From NCBI GenBank assembly GCA_025964695.1, contig JAOPYK010000149.1, positions 15,278 through 79,277 on the forward strand: DNA of 64,000 nucleotides, given 5' to 3'. The DNA is from Streptosporangiaceae bacterium (lineage in GTDB: Bacteria; Actinomycetota; Actinomycetes; Streptosporangiales; Streptosporangiaceae). Shown piece after piece: positions 45,439 through 54,992 of the stretch (positions within the stretch are counted from its first letter, which is position 1; every line of letters begins with the position of its first letter). The translations under genes were made by a program, and so were the position numbers. The notes under the pieces were generated by a model. The model was given only the letters and a program-made list of their open reading frames with translations, searched no databases and was not told the origin of the DNA.

Positions 45439-45513
45439 GAGTTCATGGTTCGTGAGTTCATGGTTCGGGAGTTCATGGTTCGGGAGTTCATGGATCGAGA
45501 GTTCATGGAGTGA
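45439..45513. repeat. 15-bp tandem x5 overlapping the IucA/IucC stop
   Basis: gagttcatggttcg(t/g)-type units; minus strand reads MNSR(S/T) x5. Confidence 0.9.
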
Positions 45514-47233
45514 CGCTTCGCAGATAGTTGGGTGCGGGCGGCCCGTAGTGCTTGTTGATGTCGGCGGCGCCGGTGCGGGTCTTGTCGACCAGGGTTCCGG
45601 CGGTGAGCATCGCCTTGACCGGCAGCGTCTCGGCGTCCAGCGTCCGTTTCCGGAGGAACGCCGACTGCGCTCCGAAGGCTTCCAGCGCCTCGTCCAGCCG
45701 GGTACGGATCAGGGCCAGCCCAGTGCGGAGCGGCAGCAGCCCGCGGTCGGCGAGCCCGAAGGCGATCGCGCCGGCGCACAGATGCAGGGTGATCGTGACG
45801 AAGACCTTGGCGAGCGCCTCGGGGCCGGTGGTGAGCAGACGTTCGTCGGCGGGCTCGAAGGTGATGCCCAGCGACTCGCCGAGGCGGACGGGATCGACCA
45901 GCGGGCTGTCGTTGTCCTTGAGCAGCAGCTCCAGAGAACCGGGGCGGAGCACGACCGAGACGTTCTGCTGATGGGCCTCCAGCGCGATGCCGTACCCGAC
46001 GAACAGGGTGACGTTCCATGCGAACAGTGCCCGCAGGTAGCGGCTGAAGAACCCGCCGACGTCGTCGGTCAGCTCCTCGATGACATACCGGCCGGCGGGC
46101 GCCCGTGCGAGCAAGGCCGCGACCGGTATCACCCGGGCGCCGGCGGTCTCGGCGGGGAATCGCCGGACCAGGTAGCCGAGGTAGGGATCGGCCGCGTGCC
46201 CGTAGGTCTGCTCGTCGGCGAGCAGCACCGGCAGGCCGGGTTCGCGGTCGAGTACCCGTCGCAACACGCGTTCCACCAGCGCCCCGTCCCGCAGGCTCCG
46301 TGGCACGATCGTGCGCCGGTTGCGCACCCCGAGCGTGCTGGTCGGCAAGGGCACCTTGAGATGGGTCAGCGGGTCCGCCACCGCGCAGACGGTCCGCATC
46401 GACAGGGTCGGCCTGACCTCGAGGTACGGCTTGGGCGCGAGCACGATCCCGGTCGTGATGTCACGGTCGGTGCCGGTGGGCGGGGAGTCGCGGCGCGCCT
46501 CGGGCACGACGTAGAGGTCCCTCGCCGGCGAAGCGGAGTGCGGACCGGGCCGGCCTGCCATGGACACGGTACGGAACTCGCGCCGGCCGGTCTCCCGCGC
46601 GAAGCGAGGTCCCTGCGCGGTGAGGGGATGCACGGGAAACAGCACGCGGGAAGGGTCGGGGGAGAGCCCCACGTCCTCGGGGTCGGGCCACCAGGCCGGC
46701 CGCTCTCCGGCCGAGGTGACGCGTGCCCGGGGGACGGAGGCCCAGCGCAGCGAGAAGATCGGGTGGAACTCGGGCGCGTAGCGTCGCAGATCCTGCTCGC
46801 TCAGTCCCAGCCGGCAGCGGCCCGCCGGATGTACGGGATGGTCGGTGTAGGCGGCCAGGGTGTCATGGAGGACCCCCGGTCCCGGCTCGGCGGATCGATC
46901 GCCGCGCCGCAGCGCCGCCAGGACCCCGGCATGAACCCCATCGTGCAGCAGTTCCGTGGCGAGGGACTCCCTGCACTCCCGCTCGAAGGCCGCGACGTCG
47001 TCGCGCGGGTCGGCCACGAGCCGTACCAAGGTCAGAACCTCCTCGAGCCGCAGGCCGGGAGTCACCGGTGGTGCCGACAGGAAGGCGGCGGGCCGCAGGA
47101 ACGACCCGGCCACGTCCGGGCGAGGCGAGCCGGACGGCAGCGGAGCGCCCGACGCGACGAGACGTCGCAGGCCGCCGTAGTCCTCACGGAGGAGTGCGTC
47201 GAGCAGCCGTGCGGCAAGGCGGGCCTCGATCAC
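45503..47233 (-). CDS. IucA/IucC NRPS-independent siderophore (NIS) synthetase
   Basis: HPVHPAGRCRLG, FPVHPL, PTLSMRTV, HLKVPL, IALEAHQQN, LLKDND; GTG overlaps the upstream stop. Confidence 0.88.
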   Translation of the reverse strand: MIEARLAARLLDALLREDYGGLRRLVASGAPLPSGSPRPDVAGSFLRPAAFLSAPPVTPGLRLEEVLTLVRLVADPRDDVAAFERECRESLATELLHDGVHAGVLAALRRGDRSAEPGPGVLHDTLAAYTDHPVHPAGRCRLGLSEQDLRRYAPEFHPIFSLRWASVPRARVTSAGERPAWWPDPEDVGLSPDPSRVLFPVHPLTAQGPRFARETGRREFRTVSMAGRPGPHSASPARDLYVVPEARRDSPPTGTDRDITTGIVLAPKPYLEVRPTLSMRTVCAVADPLTHLKVPLPTSTLGVRNRRTIVPRSLRDGALVERVLRRVLDREPGLPVLLADEQTYGHAADPYLGYLVRRFPAETAGARVIPVAALLARAPAGRYVIEELTDDVGGFFSRYLRALFAWNVTLFVGYGIALEAHQQNVSVVLRPGSLELLLKDNDSPLVDPVRLGESLGITFEPADERLLTTGPEALAKVFVTITLHLCAGAIAFGLADRGLLPLRTGLALIRTRLDEALEAFGAQSAFLRKRTLDAETLPVKAMLTAGTLVDKTRTGAADINKHYGPPAPNYLRSVTP

Positions 47234-48618
47234 GTGATCTCCCAGGTGTGCTCGGCGCGGAAGTCCCGAAGGGCGGCCTCGACGGCGGCCGGGCTGGGGG
47301 CGATGACCTGGATGATGCCGAGATAGTCGCGGTTGGTGCGGGTCAGTGTGATCTGGTCGCCAGGGACCCGCAGCGGCCGGTAGGTGAGCCGTACGCCGTC
47401 GGCCCGGCGATCCAGCGGGCCGGGAGCGGCGGTGAGCGTCCCGGAGCGTTCGGCCAGCACGTTGTCCACGGCCGCATGCCATCCGGCGTCCGCAGCGCCA
47501 CGCCAGAGATCTTCCCGTGAGCCCGTGAGGTCTTCCTGGGATGAGGCCGGTGCGCTGTACCGGGGGCCGGCCACCAGACGTCGGACGCCGCCGGCCCCCG
47601 CCGCCGCGATCTCGGCCACGCGCGGATCGGATGGCACCGCCCCCGCATCCGCGCCGGGGGCGCACACGCTGCCCGAGCCGGCGTGAACCACCGGGTCGCG
47701 GCGGACGAGGTCATCGAGAGGATCGCCCAGATGGACGCGGAGGACGTACTCGAAGATCGGCGAACCGAGGAGATCGGCGAGCAGGAAGTCCACGTGGTCA
47801 CCGATGATCCGATAGTTGACCTCGATCAGCCGGGCCCGGCCCTCGTGTACGACGAACTCGGTGTGACAGGCCCCGAATCCGACCCCCAGGGCGGCGAGCT
47901 GGGTCAGGACCTGGCCGGTCTCCGGTGGCGGCGGGGCCCAGTCGAGCCGTTCCTCCACGAAGAACGGCGGCGGCGACAGAGCCGTACGGAAGGAACCGAG
48001 AACGGCGAGGCTCCGCCCGTCACCGAGGGTCTCCAAAGTGTGCAGCGGGCCGGGCAGGTACTCCTCCAGCACCAGCGGATCGGCCCGGTGCCGGCGGATC
48101 TCCGCCACCCGCCCGGACAGTTCGGTGGCGCCGCTGACCAGGAAGACGTCCTCGCTGGCCACGCCCTCCCGGGGCTTGAGCACGGCGGGGAAGGGCACGG
48201 CGTCGGCGGGGTCCCCGATGGCGACCCTGTCCAGGCCCAGGTCCGCCAGATGCCGCCGCATGAGCGCCTTGTTCTTGGTCCTGGTCGCCGCCCGCCAGTC
48301 CTTGGCGGGCAGCCCGAAGTAGGCCGCGGCGAGGGCGGTGGGCGCCTGCAGGTGGTCGCTGTTGGAAAAGATCGCGTCCGGCGTGCGCGCGTGCTCGATG
48401 ATCTCCCGGAAGTCCGTGACCTCACATCCGGTCACGGAGACGCGGCGGAGGTCCCCGGACGCTTGTGGCCCGAGGCCGGAGGCGTACGCCCGCTCGTGGT
48501 CGGACGGCCGATCGGTCAGCACGATTACCTCGAGATCCAGCCGGACGGCGGCGGGCAGGAACCCCTGCGTCACTGAGTCGGTCACCTTGCCCGCGACGAG
48601 ATAGAGCCGCACACGCAT
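47230..48618 (-). CDS. ATP-grasp ligase associated with siderophore synthesis (PvsA-like)
   Basis: VLKPREGVAS, LEEYLPG, ACHTEF, LIEVNYR. Confidence 0.82.
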   Translation of the reverse strand: MRVRLYLVAGKVTDSVTQGFLPAAVRLDLEVIVLTDRPSDHERAYASGLGPQASGDLRRVSVTGCEVTDFREIIEHARTPDAIFSNSDHLQAPTALAAAYFGLPAKDWRAATRTKNKALMRRHLADLGLDRVAIGDPADAVPFPAVLKPREGVASEDVFLVSGATELSGRVAEIRRHRADPLVLEEYLPGPLHTLETLGDGRSLAVLGSFRTALSPPPFFVEERLDWAPPPPETGQVLTQLAALGVGFGACHTEFVVHEGRARLIEVNYRIIGDHVDFLLADLLGSPIFEYVLRVHLGDPLDDLVRRDPVVHAGSGSVCAPGADAGAVPSDPRVAEIAAAGAGGVRRLVAGPRYSAPASSQEDLTGSREDLWRGAADAGWHAAVDNVLAERSGTLTAAPGPLDRRADGVRLTYRPLRVPGDQITLTRTNRDYLGIIQVIAPSPAAVEAALRDFRAEHTWEIT

Positions 48619-48709
48619 ACCCTTCCTGAAGGACCTGAAGGAGATGGCTTTCCTGGACGAGACGTGCCTCCCGAGCGAGATGAGCCGCTGAAACGGGACG
48701 AGCGTCGAG

Positions 48710-48728
48710 TGAGGTAAGCCTTGCCTAA
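48710..48728. promoter_or_regulatory. IdeR/DmdR iron box
   Basis: TGAGGTAAGCCTTGCCTAA, 17/19 match to TWAGGTWAGSCTWACCTWA, upstream of the ATP-grasp/NIS pair. Confidence 0.85.
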
Positions 48729-48864
48729 CTCACGTCACCTTAACGGGCAGGCGGGCGCCGCGTCCGGAAACCGGTCGACACGCGTGCTTCCCGGATGCGC
48801 TTCCCGGGTGCCGGGTGCCGGGTGCCGGGTGCGAGGCCGGGACGAGTCGGCGAAGATGGCGGGC

Positions 48865-49485
48865 ATGGACCTTGTGCAGCGGTGGGACGCCCTGGTGGGC
48901 CCGGAGGCGCGGCGGCTGGGAGACGATCTCGTCGGGCGCTACCGCGAGGAGCACCGGTGTTATCACACCACCGAGCACCTCACCGTGGTGCTGGACCTCG
49001 TCGAGGAACTCGCCGGGCACGCCGCCGACGCCGGCGCGGTACGGCTGGCGGCGTGGTTCCACGACGCCGTCTACGACCCGGAACGCGGCGACAACGAGGA
49101 ACGCAGCGCCCGGCTGGCCGAGCGGATGCTGGCCGACACCGACCTGCCGCCGGAGACGATCGCCGAAGTGGCCCGGCTGGTACGGCTGACGGCCACCCAC
49201 GCTCCCGAGCCGGGGGACTCCAACGGGCAGGTGCTCTGCGACGCGGACCTGGCCATCCTCGCGGCCGCGCCCGCCGACTACGCGGCTTACGCCTCGGCGG
49301 TACGCGAGGAGTACGCCTTCGTACCGGAGGATCTCTTCGCCGCGGGCCGAGCCCAGGTGCTGACGGATCTTCTCGCGCTGCCCGCACTCTTCCACACACC
49401 GGCGGCCCGGGAACGCTTCGAGGGGAAGGCCCGCCACAACGTGGAGACCGAGCTCACCCTCCTGGGCGCCCGGCCCATTCCATGA
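48865..49485 (+). CDS. HD-superfamily metal-dependent phosphohydrolase
   Basis: YHTTEHL, AAWFHDAVYDP, DNEERSA, LCDADLAIL, AVREEY. Confidence 0.85.
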   Translation: MDLVQRWDALVGPEARRLGDDLVGRYREEHRCYHTTEHLTVVLDLVEELAGHAADAGAVRLAAWFHDAVYDPERGDNEERSARLAERMLADTDLPPETIAEVARLVRLTATHAPEPGDSNGQVLCDADLAILAAAPADYAAYASAVREEYAFVPEDLFAAGRAQVLTDLLALPALFHTPAARERFEGKARHNVETELTLLGARPIP

Positions 49486-49514
49486 TCATGCCGCGATCGA
49501 CGAACCGTGAATGA

Positions 49515-49787
49515 TCACGGAGTGGGGGCGGGACGGTGTTTCGGCCGGCGCAGACCGGATGCCGTGAGGCGGCGCAGCAGTTCCTGGCAGCCGACCGGCG
49601 CGGCACCCAGCTCGACCGCCGCGTCGTACAGCTCGGCCGGCACGTCATAGTGGTCGCGTTCGAAGGCCCGGGGCGGCATACCGAGCCGGGCCGCGAACAG
49701 GTGCAGCTCGTCGAAGGACTCGTCGCTGACCAGGTGAGACCACACCCGCCCGCGCGTCGGCCACAACGGCGGGTCGATGAAGATCAC
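49515..49787 (-). CDS. DUF4031 protein
   Basis: IFIDPPLWP..GRVWSHLVSD...ELHLFA..LG...RAFERDHYDVP. Confidence 0.85.
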   Translation of the reverse strand: MIFIDPPLWPTRGRVWSHLVSDESFDELHLFAARLGMPPRAFERDHYDVPAELYDAAVELGAAPVGCQELLRRLTASGLRRPKHRPAPTP

Positions 49788-49858
49788 TGCAATCCCTCCC
49801 TTCGAGCCCCGTATGGGCCCCGAACTAGAGTGACACGCCTGACGACATGCAAAGGGGC

Positions 49859-51262
49859 ATGGGAGTGAATGTTCGTGACTTCGTCGAAGCCAACGCGAGC
49901 GGGTTCTTCGCGGACCTCAAGGAATGGCTGACCATTCCCTCGGTCTCCGGGGACCCCGAGCACCACGGCGATGTGCGCGACTCCGCGCAGTGGCTGGCCC
50001 GGTATCTGCGGGAGGTCGGCTTCCCGACCGTAGAGGTCTGGGAGACGCCGGGTCTGCCGGCGGTCTTCGCCGAGTGGCCGGCCGAGGATCCCGCCGCGCC
50101 CGCCGTGCTGGTCTACGGCCACCATGACGTACAGCCGGGAGAACCGGCCGAGGAGTGGCTGACCGCGCCGTTCGAGCCCGTCGAGCGCGGCGACCAGCTC
50201 ATCGGCAGAGGCGCCTCCGACGACAAGGGCCAGGTTCTCTTCCACACCCTGGGGCTGAAGGCCAACCTGACGGCTCGCGACGCCACCGCCCCGCCGGTGC
50301 ACCTCAAGCTCCTCATCGAGGGCGAGGAGGAGTCCGGTTCGATCCACTTCGCCGACCTGCTCACCAGGGAGCGTGACCGGCTCGGCTGCGACGTGATCGT
50401 GATCAGCGACACGTCCATGTGGGCGAGCGACGTCCCGTCCATGTGCGTCGGCATGCGCGGGCTGACCGAGGCCGAGATCGACCTGTACGGCCCGGAGGTG
50501 GATCTGCACTCCGGCTCGTTCGGCGGTGGGGTGCCCAACCCGTTGCACGCGATGGCCGCGCTGCTCGCCGGGCTGCATGACGCGGACGGGCGGGTCACGC
50601 TGCCCGGCTTCTATGACGGCATCATCGAGCTCACCGACGAGGAACGCGAGCTGCTGGCCCGGCTGCCCTTCGACGAGGCCGCCTGGCTGAAGACCGCGGG
50701 CAACAGCCGAGCCGCGTACGGGGAGCAGGGCTTCACCACCCTGGAACGCATCTGGGCCCGGCCCACCGCCGAGGTCAACGGGATGTGGGGCGGCCACACC
50801 GGCCCGGGCGGCAAGACGATCATCGGTCGGGAAGCTCATGCCAAGGTCTCCTTCCGGCTGGTCGCGGGTCAGGACCCTGTGAAGGTGCAGGAGGCCCTGC
50901 AGTCGTACGTCGCCGTGCACATTCCGCCGGGCATCAAGGCCAAGGTCACCATTTCCGGCCCCGGCGTGCGGCCCTGTTTCTCGCCGATCGGCTCTCCCGC
51001 CGTGCAGGCCGCCAAGCGGGCCATGGAGAAGGCCTTCGGCACGGAGGTCCTGTTCACCCGGGAGGGCGGCAGCGGCCCCGAGGCCGATCTGGCCGACATC
51101 CTGCAGGCCCCGCTGGTGTTCTTGGCGGTCGGCCTGGACGACGACCGAATCCACGCGCCCAATGAGAAGGTCGAGATGCCGATGCTGCTCAAAGGCGCGG
51201 AGTCGGCCGCGTACTTCTGGGACGAGCTCGCCACGAGCCTGCCCCGCCGGGCGCTCGGCTGA
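49859..51262 (+). CDS. M20/M25/M40 dipeptidase; start +/- a few codons
   Basis: YGHHDVQP, GRGASDDKGQ, EGEEESGS, DLHSG, IHAPNE. Confidence 0.92.
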   Translation: MGVNVRDFVEANASGFFADLKEWLTIPSVSGDPEHHGDVRDSAQWLARYLREVGFPTVEVWETPGLPAVFAEWPAEDPAAPAVLVYGHHDVQPGEPAEEWLTAPFEPVERGDQLIGRGASDDKGQVLFHTLGLKANLTARDATAPPVHLKLLIEGEEESGSIHFADLLTRERDRLGCDVIVISDTSMWASDVPSMCVGMRGLTEAEIDLYGPEVDLHSGSFGGGVPNPLHAMAALLAGLHDADGRVTLPGFYDGIIELTDEERELLARLPFDEAAWLKTAGNSRAAYGEQGFTTLERIWARPTAEVNGMWGGHTGPGGKTIIGREAHAKVSFRLVAGQDPVKVQEALQSYVAVHIPPGIKAKVTISGPGVRPCFSPIGSPAVQAAKRAMEKAFGTEVLFTREGGSGPEADLADILQAPLVFLAVGLDDDRIHAPNEKVEMPMLLKGAESAAYFWDELATSLPRRALG

Positions 51263-51312
51263 CCCGCGATGACCGGGACCGGAAGACACCGCGACCAGAT
51301 GGAAGGACCTTC

Positions 51313-52242
51313 GTGACCGAACTGGGCTGGCTGGCACTGGCACGCGGCACTCTCGACCGGATGGCCGAGCGGCGCAGGGACGACGCGTGGGTGGCCGAGA
51401 TCTGGGCAGACCCGCGCACCCGGGTCTTCGCGATAGAGCAAGGGCAGGCGCTCGTCCAGGTCCGGGACATCCCTTCCCTGGTGTTCGTCTCGGCCGCGGA
51501 GCTGACCGAGACAGACGAGCGATACCTGATGGGCGTCGACACCGACGGGGTCGCCTACTTCGCGGTCTCCGGTCCGCTGCCGGTCATCGAGGGAGCCGAG
51601 CAGTCCGACCTGCGGCGGATCGGAGCGCTCCTGAGCGACCGTGACTCCGGGCTGCTCACCCACGCGGTCGCCCTGCAGCACTGGCACGCGACCCACCGGC
51701 ACTGCCCGCGCTGCGGCGCGCGTACGGAACCGGCGGCGGCAGGCCATGTACGGGTCTGCCCCGCCGACGGATCCGAGCACTTCCCCCGCCTGGACCCCGC
51801 CGTCATCATGCTGATCGCCGACGCGGCCGACCGGGTCCTGCTGGCCCGTGGCCCCGCCTGGCCCGAGGCCATGCGGTCGGTGCTGGCCGGCTTCGTCGAA
51901 CCGGGGGAGTCCCTCGAGCAGGCGGTCGCCCGTGAGGTGCGCGAAGAGGTGGGGTTGGTGGTGCGCGACATCCGCTATGTCGGCAGCCAGCCGTGGCCGC
52001 TGCCGCAGAGCCTCATGCTCGGCTTCTTCTGCCGGGTCGACGAGGGCGCGACCCCGCCCGAGGACCTGCGGCCGGACCCGACGGAGATCCTCGACGCCGC
52101 CTGGTATACCCGTGAGGAGTTCCGGGCGGCGGTCGAGGCGGGCGAGATCATGGCCCCCGGCAAGCTCTCCATCGCCAGCCGGATGATCAGCCACTGGTAC
52201 GGCGGCGAGGTTTCCCGGTTCCGCGGCTCCCGCCTTCCCTGA
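51313..52242 (+). CDS. nudC: NADH pyrophosphatase
   Basis: HCPRCG, FPRLDPAVI, AGFVEPGESLEQAVAREVREEVG, SQPWP. Confidence 0.95.
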   Translation: MTELGWLALARGTLDRMAERRRDDAWVAEIWADPRTRVFAIEQGQALVQVRDIPSLVFVSAAELTETDERYLMGVDTDGVAYFAVSGPLPVIEGAEQSDLRRIGALLSDRDSGLLTHAVALQHWHATHRHCPRCGARTEPAAAGHVRVCPADGSEHFPRLDPAVIMLIADAADRVLLARGPAWPEAMRSVLAGFVEPGESLEQAVAREVREEVGLVVRDIRYVGSQPWPLPQSLMLGFFCRVDEGATPPEDLRPDPTEILDAAWYTREEFRAAVEAGEIMAPGKLSIASRMISHWYGGEVSRFRGSRLP

Positions 52243-52332
52243 CCACCCTCCGGCTCCGTTGATCACACCCGGCTTCCCGGGTGACCGCCGGTCCCGGAAC
52301 CGCGCGGGCCGGAGGGAGGTCCGGGGCGGGAG

Positions 52333-52593
52333 TCAGGCCAGGGAGGCCAGGCGGGCCTTGACGTCCTTGGCGCTGGGATTGGTCACGGCGCTGCCGTCCG
52401 GGAAGACCACCGTGGGGACGGTCATGTTGCCGCCGTTGACGCTCATCACGTACTCCGCGGCAGAGGTGTCGTGCTCGATGTCGATCTCGACCATGTGAAT
52501 GCCCTCGCGGGCCAGCTGGCTCTTGAGCCGTCGGCAGAATCCACACCAGGTCGTGGTGTACATCGTCAGCCGGCCGGTGGGGGCAGTGGACAT
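52333..52593 (-). CDS. mrx1: Mycoredoxin (Rv3198A-like)
   Basis: MYTTTWCGFC, NGGNMTVPTV, TNPS; position between nudC and uvrD2. Confidence 0.88.
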   Translation of the reverse strand: MSTAPTGRLTMYTTTWCGFCRRLKSQLAREGIHMVEIDIEHDTSAAEYVMSVNGGNMTVPTVVFPDGSAVTNPSAKDVKARLASLA

Positions 52594-52825
52594 GTGAGCC
52601 GCTCCTCGAGGTGGTCCGTACCATTCCGCAGTCGATCGGGGGATCGCACACAGCGCAACGCTCTGCTCTGGAACTACATTCCAGCAGGCGCCCGATGGCC
52701 CGCAGGCGAGCTCCGGGTGCCGGGGATGCGTGGCCGGAGGGTGACGAGCGCGTCATCCAAGCGCGTCATCCACAGGTTGCCGGGTAGCGACCAATCCGTC
52801 TGTGGCTCCTGCAAGGATGTGTGAC

Positions 52826-54934
52826 ATGGATGCCGAGGCGGTGCTGGAGGGACTCGATCCGGAGCAGCGCGCGGTCGCCGAGGCCGTACGCGGGCCGGTG
52901 TGCGTGCTCGCCGGGGCCGGCACGGGCAAGACCCGCGCGATCACCCACCGGATCGCCTACGCCACGCTGACCGGGGTCATGGCCCCGCAGCGGGTGCTGG
53001 CAGTGACGTTCACCACCCGCGCGGCGGGCGAGCTGCGCGGACGGCTCCGCGCGCTCGGCGCTCCGGCGGTGCAGGCCCGCACCTTCCACGCGGCGGCGCT
53101 GCGCCAGCTCACCTACTTCTGGCCGAGGATCATCGGCGGTGAGCCGCCCAAGATCCTAGAATCCAAGATCGGCCTGGTCGCCGACGCCGCCCGCGGCTGC
53201 CGCCTGTCCTTCGGCCGTACGGAGCTGCGCGACATCGCGGGCGAGATCGAATGGGCCAAGGTCACCCAGCTCCGGCCCGAGGACTACCCGGGGGCGATGG
53301 TCCGCGCAGCCCGGAAGGCCCCGGTGGACCCGGTCGACGTGGCCCGCGTCTACACGATGTACGAAACGCTCCGGCGCGAGCGCAACCTGCTCGACTTCGA
53401 GGGGATGCTGGAGCTCACCGCCGCGGTGCTCACCGAGCACCGGGAGGTCGCCGAACAGGTGCGGGACCAGTATCGCCACTTCGTGGTGGACGAGTTCCAG
53501 GACGTCAACCCGCTGCAGAAACTGCTCCTCGACACCTGGCTGGGCGGTCGCGACGAGCTCTGCGTGGTCGGTGACCCCAGTCAGACGATCTACTCCTTCA
53601 CCGGTGCCAGCCCGTCCTATCTGCTCGACTTCACCAAGGACCACCCGCGGGCGACGGTGGTCAAGTTGGTCCGCGACTACCGGTCGACCCCCCAGGTGGT
53701 CCGGCTGGCCAACGGGGTGCTGGAGGCGGCCAGGGCAGCGGGCCGCCAGCACCGGCTGGAGCTGATAGCGCAGCGCGAGGACGGACCCGAGCCGGCCTTC
53801 GCCGAATACGACGACGAGGTGGCCGAGGCCGATGACGTGGCCCGGAAGGCGCGCAAGCTCATCGAGAACGGCGTGCCCGCCCGTGACATCGCGGTGCTGT
53901 TCCGGATCAACGCCCAGTCGGAGGCGTACGAGCAGGCCTTCACCGACGCGGGCATCCCCTACGTCCTGCGCGGCGCCGAGCGGTTCTTCGAGCGGCCAGC
54001 CGTGCGCGAGGCCGTCGTCCGGCTGCGCGGCGCGGCCCGGGCCGGTGCGGACGCGGAGACCGACGGCACCGGGCTGATCGCGACCGTACGCCACGTGCTG
54101 TCGGGCAGCGGCTTCACCGACAAGGCGCCCGGGGGCACCGGGGCGGCACGGGAGAAGTGGGAGTCCCTCGCCGCGCTGGCACAGCTCGCCGAGGACATGG
54201 CGGCGGACGATCCGAAGGCCGGTCTGGCGGAGTTCGTCGCCGAGTTGGAGGAGCGCGCACAGGTCCAGCACGCGCCGCCACTGGAGGGGGTGACGCTCGC
54301 CTCGCTGCACGCGGCCAAGGGCCTGGAGTGGGACGCGGTCTTCCTCATCGGCCTGGTCGACGGCACCCTGCCGATCATCTATGCGGAGACGACCGCGCAG
54401 ATCGAGGAAGAGCGGCGGCTGCTCTACGTCGGGATCACCCGGGCCAAGGAGCACCTCTCGCTGTCCTGGGCGCTGGCGCGAGCGCCGGGGGGCAGGAAGA
54501 TCCGCCGGCCGTCCCGTTTCCTGGACGGTCTCGCCCCGCGGACCTCGACCCCGACACCGGCCCGCGTCGAGCGCGCCAAGCGCGGCGGCGGACGCAGCGG
54601 CCCCCAGCCGTGCCGGGTGTGCGGCCGGCCGCTGATGGCCGCGCTGGAGCGCAAGCTGGCGCGCTGCCAGTCCTGCCCCGCCGATCTGGACGAGGCGCTG
54701 TTCACCCGGCTCAAGGAGTGGCGGGTGGAGGTGTCCAAGGCTCTGAAGGTGCCGGCCTACGTCGTGTTCACCGACGCGACCCTGCAGGCCATCGCCGAAC
54801 GCAAGCCCGTCGTCGAGCAGGACCTTTCCGGTATCCCCGGCGTGGGCTCGGTGAAGCTGGACCGTTATGGTGCCGCCATACTTGCGTTGGGCCGGGGTGA
54901 GACACCGCCCACACTGGTCGATTTGGGAGACTGA
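52826..54934 (+). CDS. uvrD2: ATP-dependent DNA helicase UvrD2
   Basis: AGAGTGKT, VDEFQD, AAKGLEW, YVGITRA, CRVC...CQSC, C-terminal HRDC (PAYVVFTDATL). Confidence 0.95.
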   Translation: MDAEAVLEGLDPEQRAVAEAVRGPVCVLAGAGTGKTRAITHRIAYATLTGVMAPQRVLAVTFTTRAAGELRGRLRALGAPAVQARTFHAAALRQLTYFWPRIIGGEPPKILESKIGLVADAARGCRLSFGRTELRDIAGEIEWAKVTQLRPEDYPGAMVRAARKAPVDPVDVARVYTMYETLRRERNLLDFEGMLELTAAVLTEHREVAEQVRDQYRHFVVDEFQDVNPLQKLLLDTWLGGRDELCVVGDPSQTIYSFTGASPSYLLDFTKDHPRATVVKLVRDYRSTPQVVRLANGVLEAARAAGRQHRLELIAQREDGPEPAFAEYDDEVAEADDVARKARKLIENGVPARDIAVLFRINAQSEAYEQAFTDAGIPYVLRGAERFFERPAVREAVVRLRGAARAGADAETDGTGLIATVRHVLSGSGFTDKAPGGTGAAREKWESLAALAQLAEDMAADDPKAGLAEFVAELEERAQVQHAPPLEGVTLASLHAAKGLEWDAVFLIGLVDGTLPIIYAETTAQIEEERRLLYVGITRAKEHLSLSWALARAPGGRKIRRPSRFLDGLAPRTSTPTPARVERAKRGGGRSGPQPCRVCGRPLMAALERKLARCQSCPADLDEALFTRLKEWRVEVSKALKVPAYVVFTDATLQAIAERKPVVEQDLSGIPGVGSVKLDRYGAAILALGRGETPPTLVDLGD

Positions 54935-54992
54935 CCGGCGTGAAACACGTCGTGTCGCGAGCGCGCCGGACGGCGCAAGGTGAGCGGAGCGA

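Noticed and set aside
47234-47665. N-terminal extension of the IucA/IucC ORF and a possible ATP-grasp/NIS fusion
   Set aside because: Different frames; the ATP-grasp stop overlaps GTG 47233, a normal coupled junction
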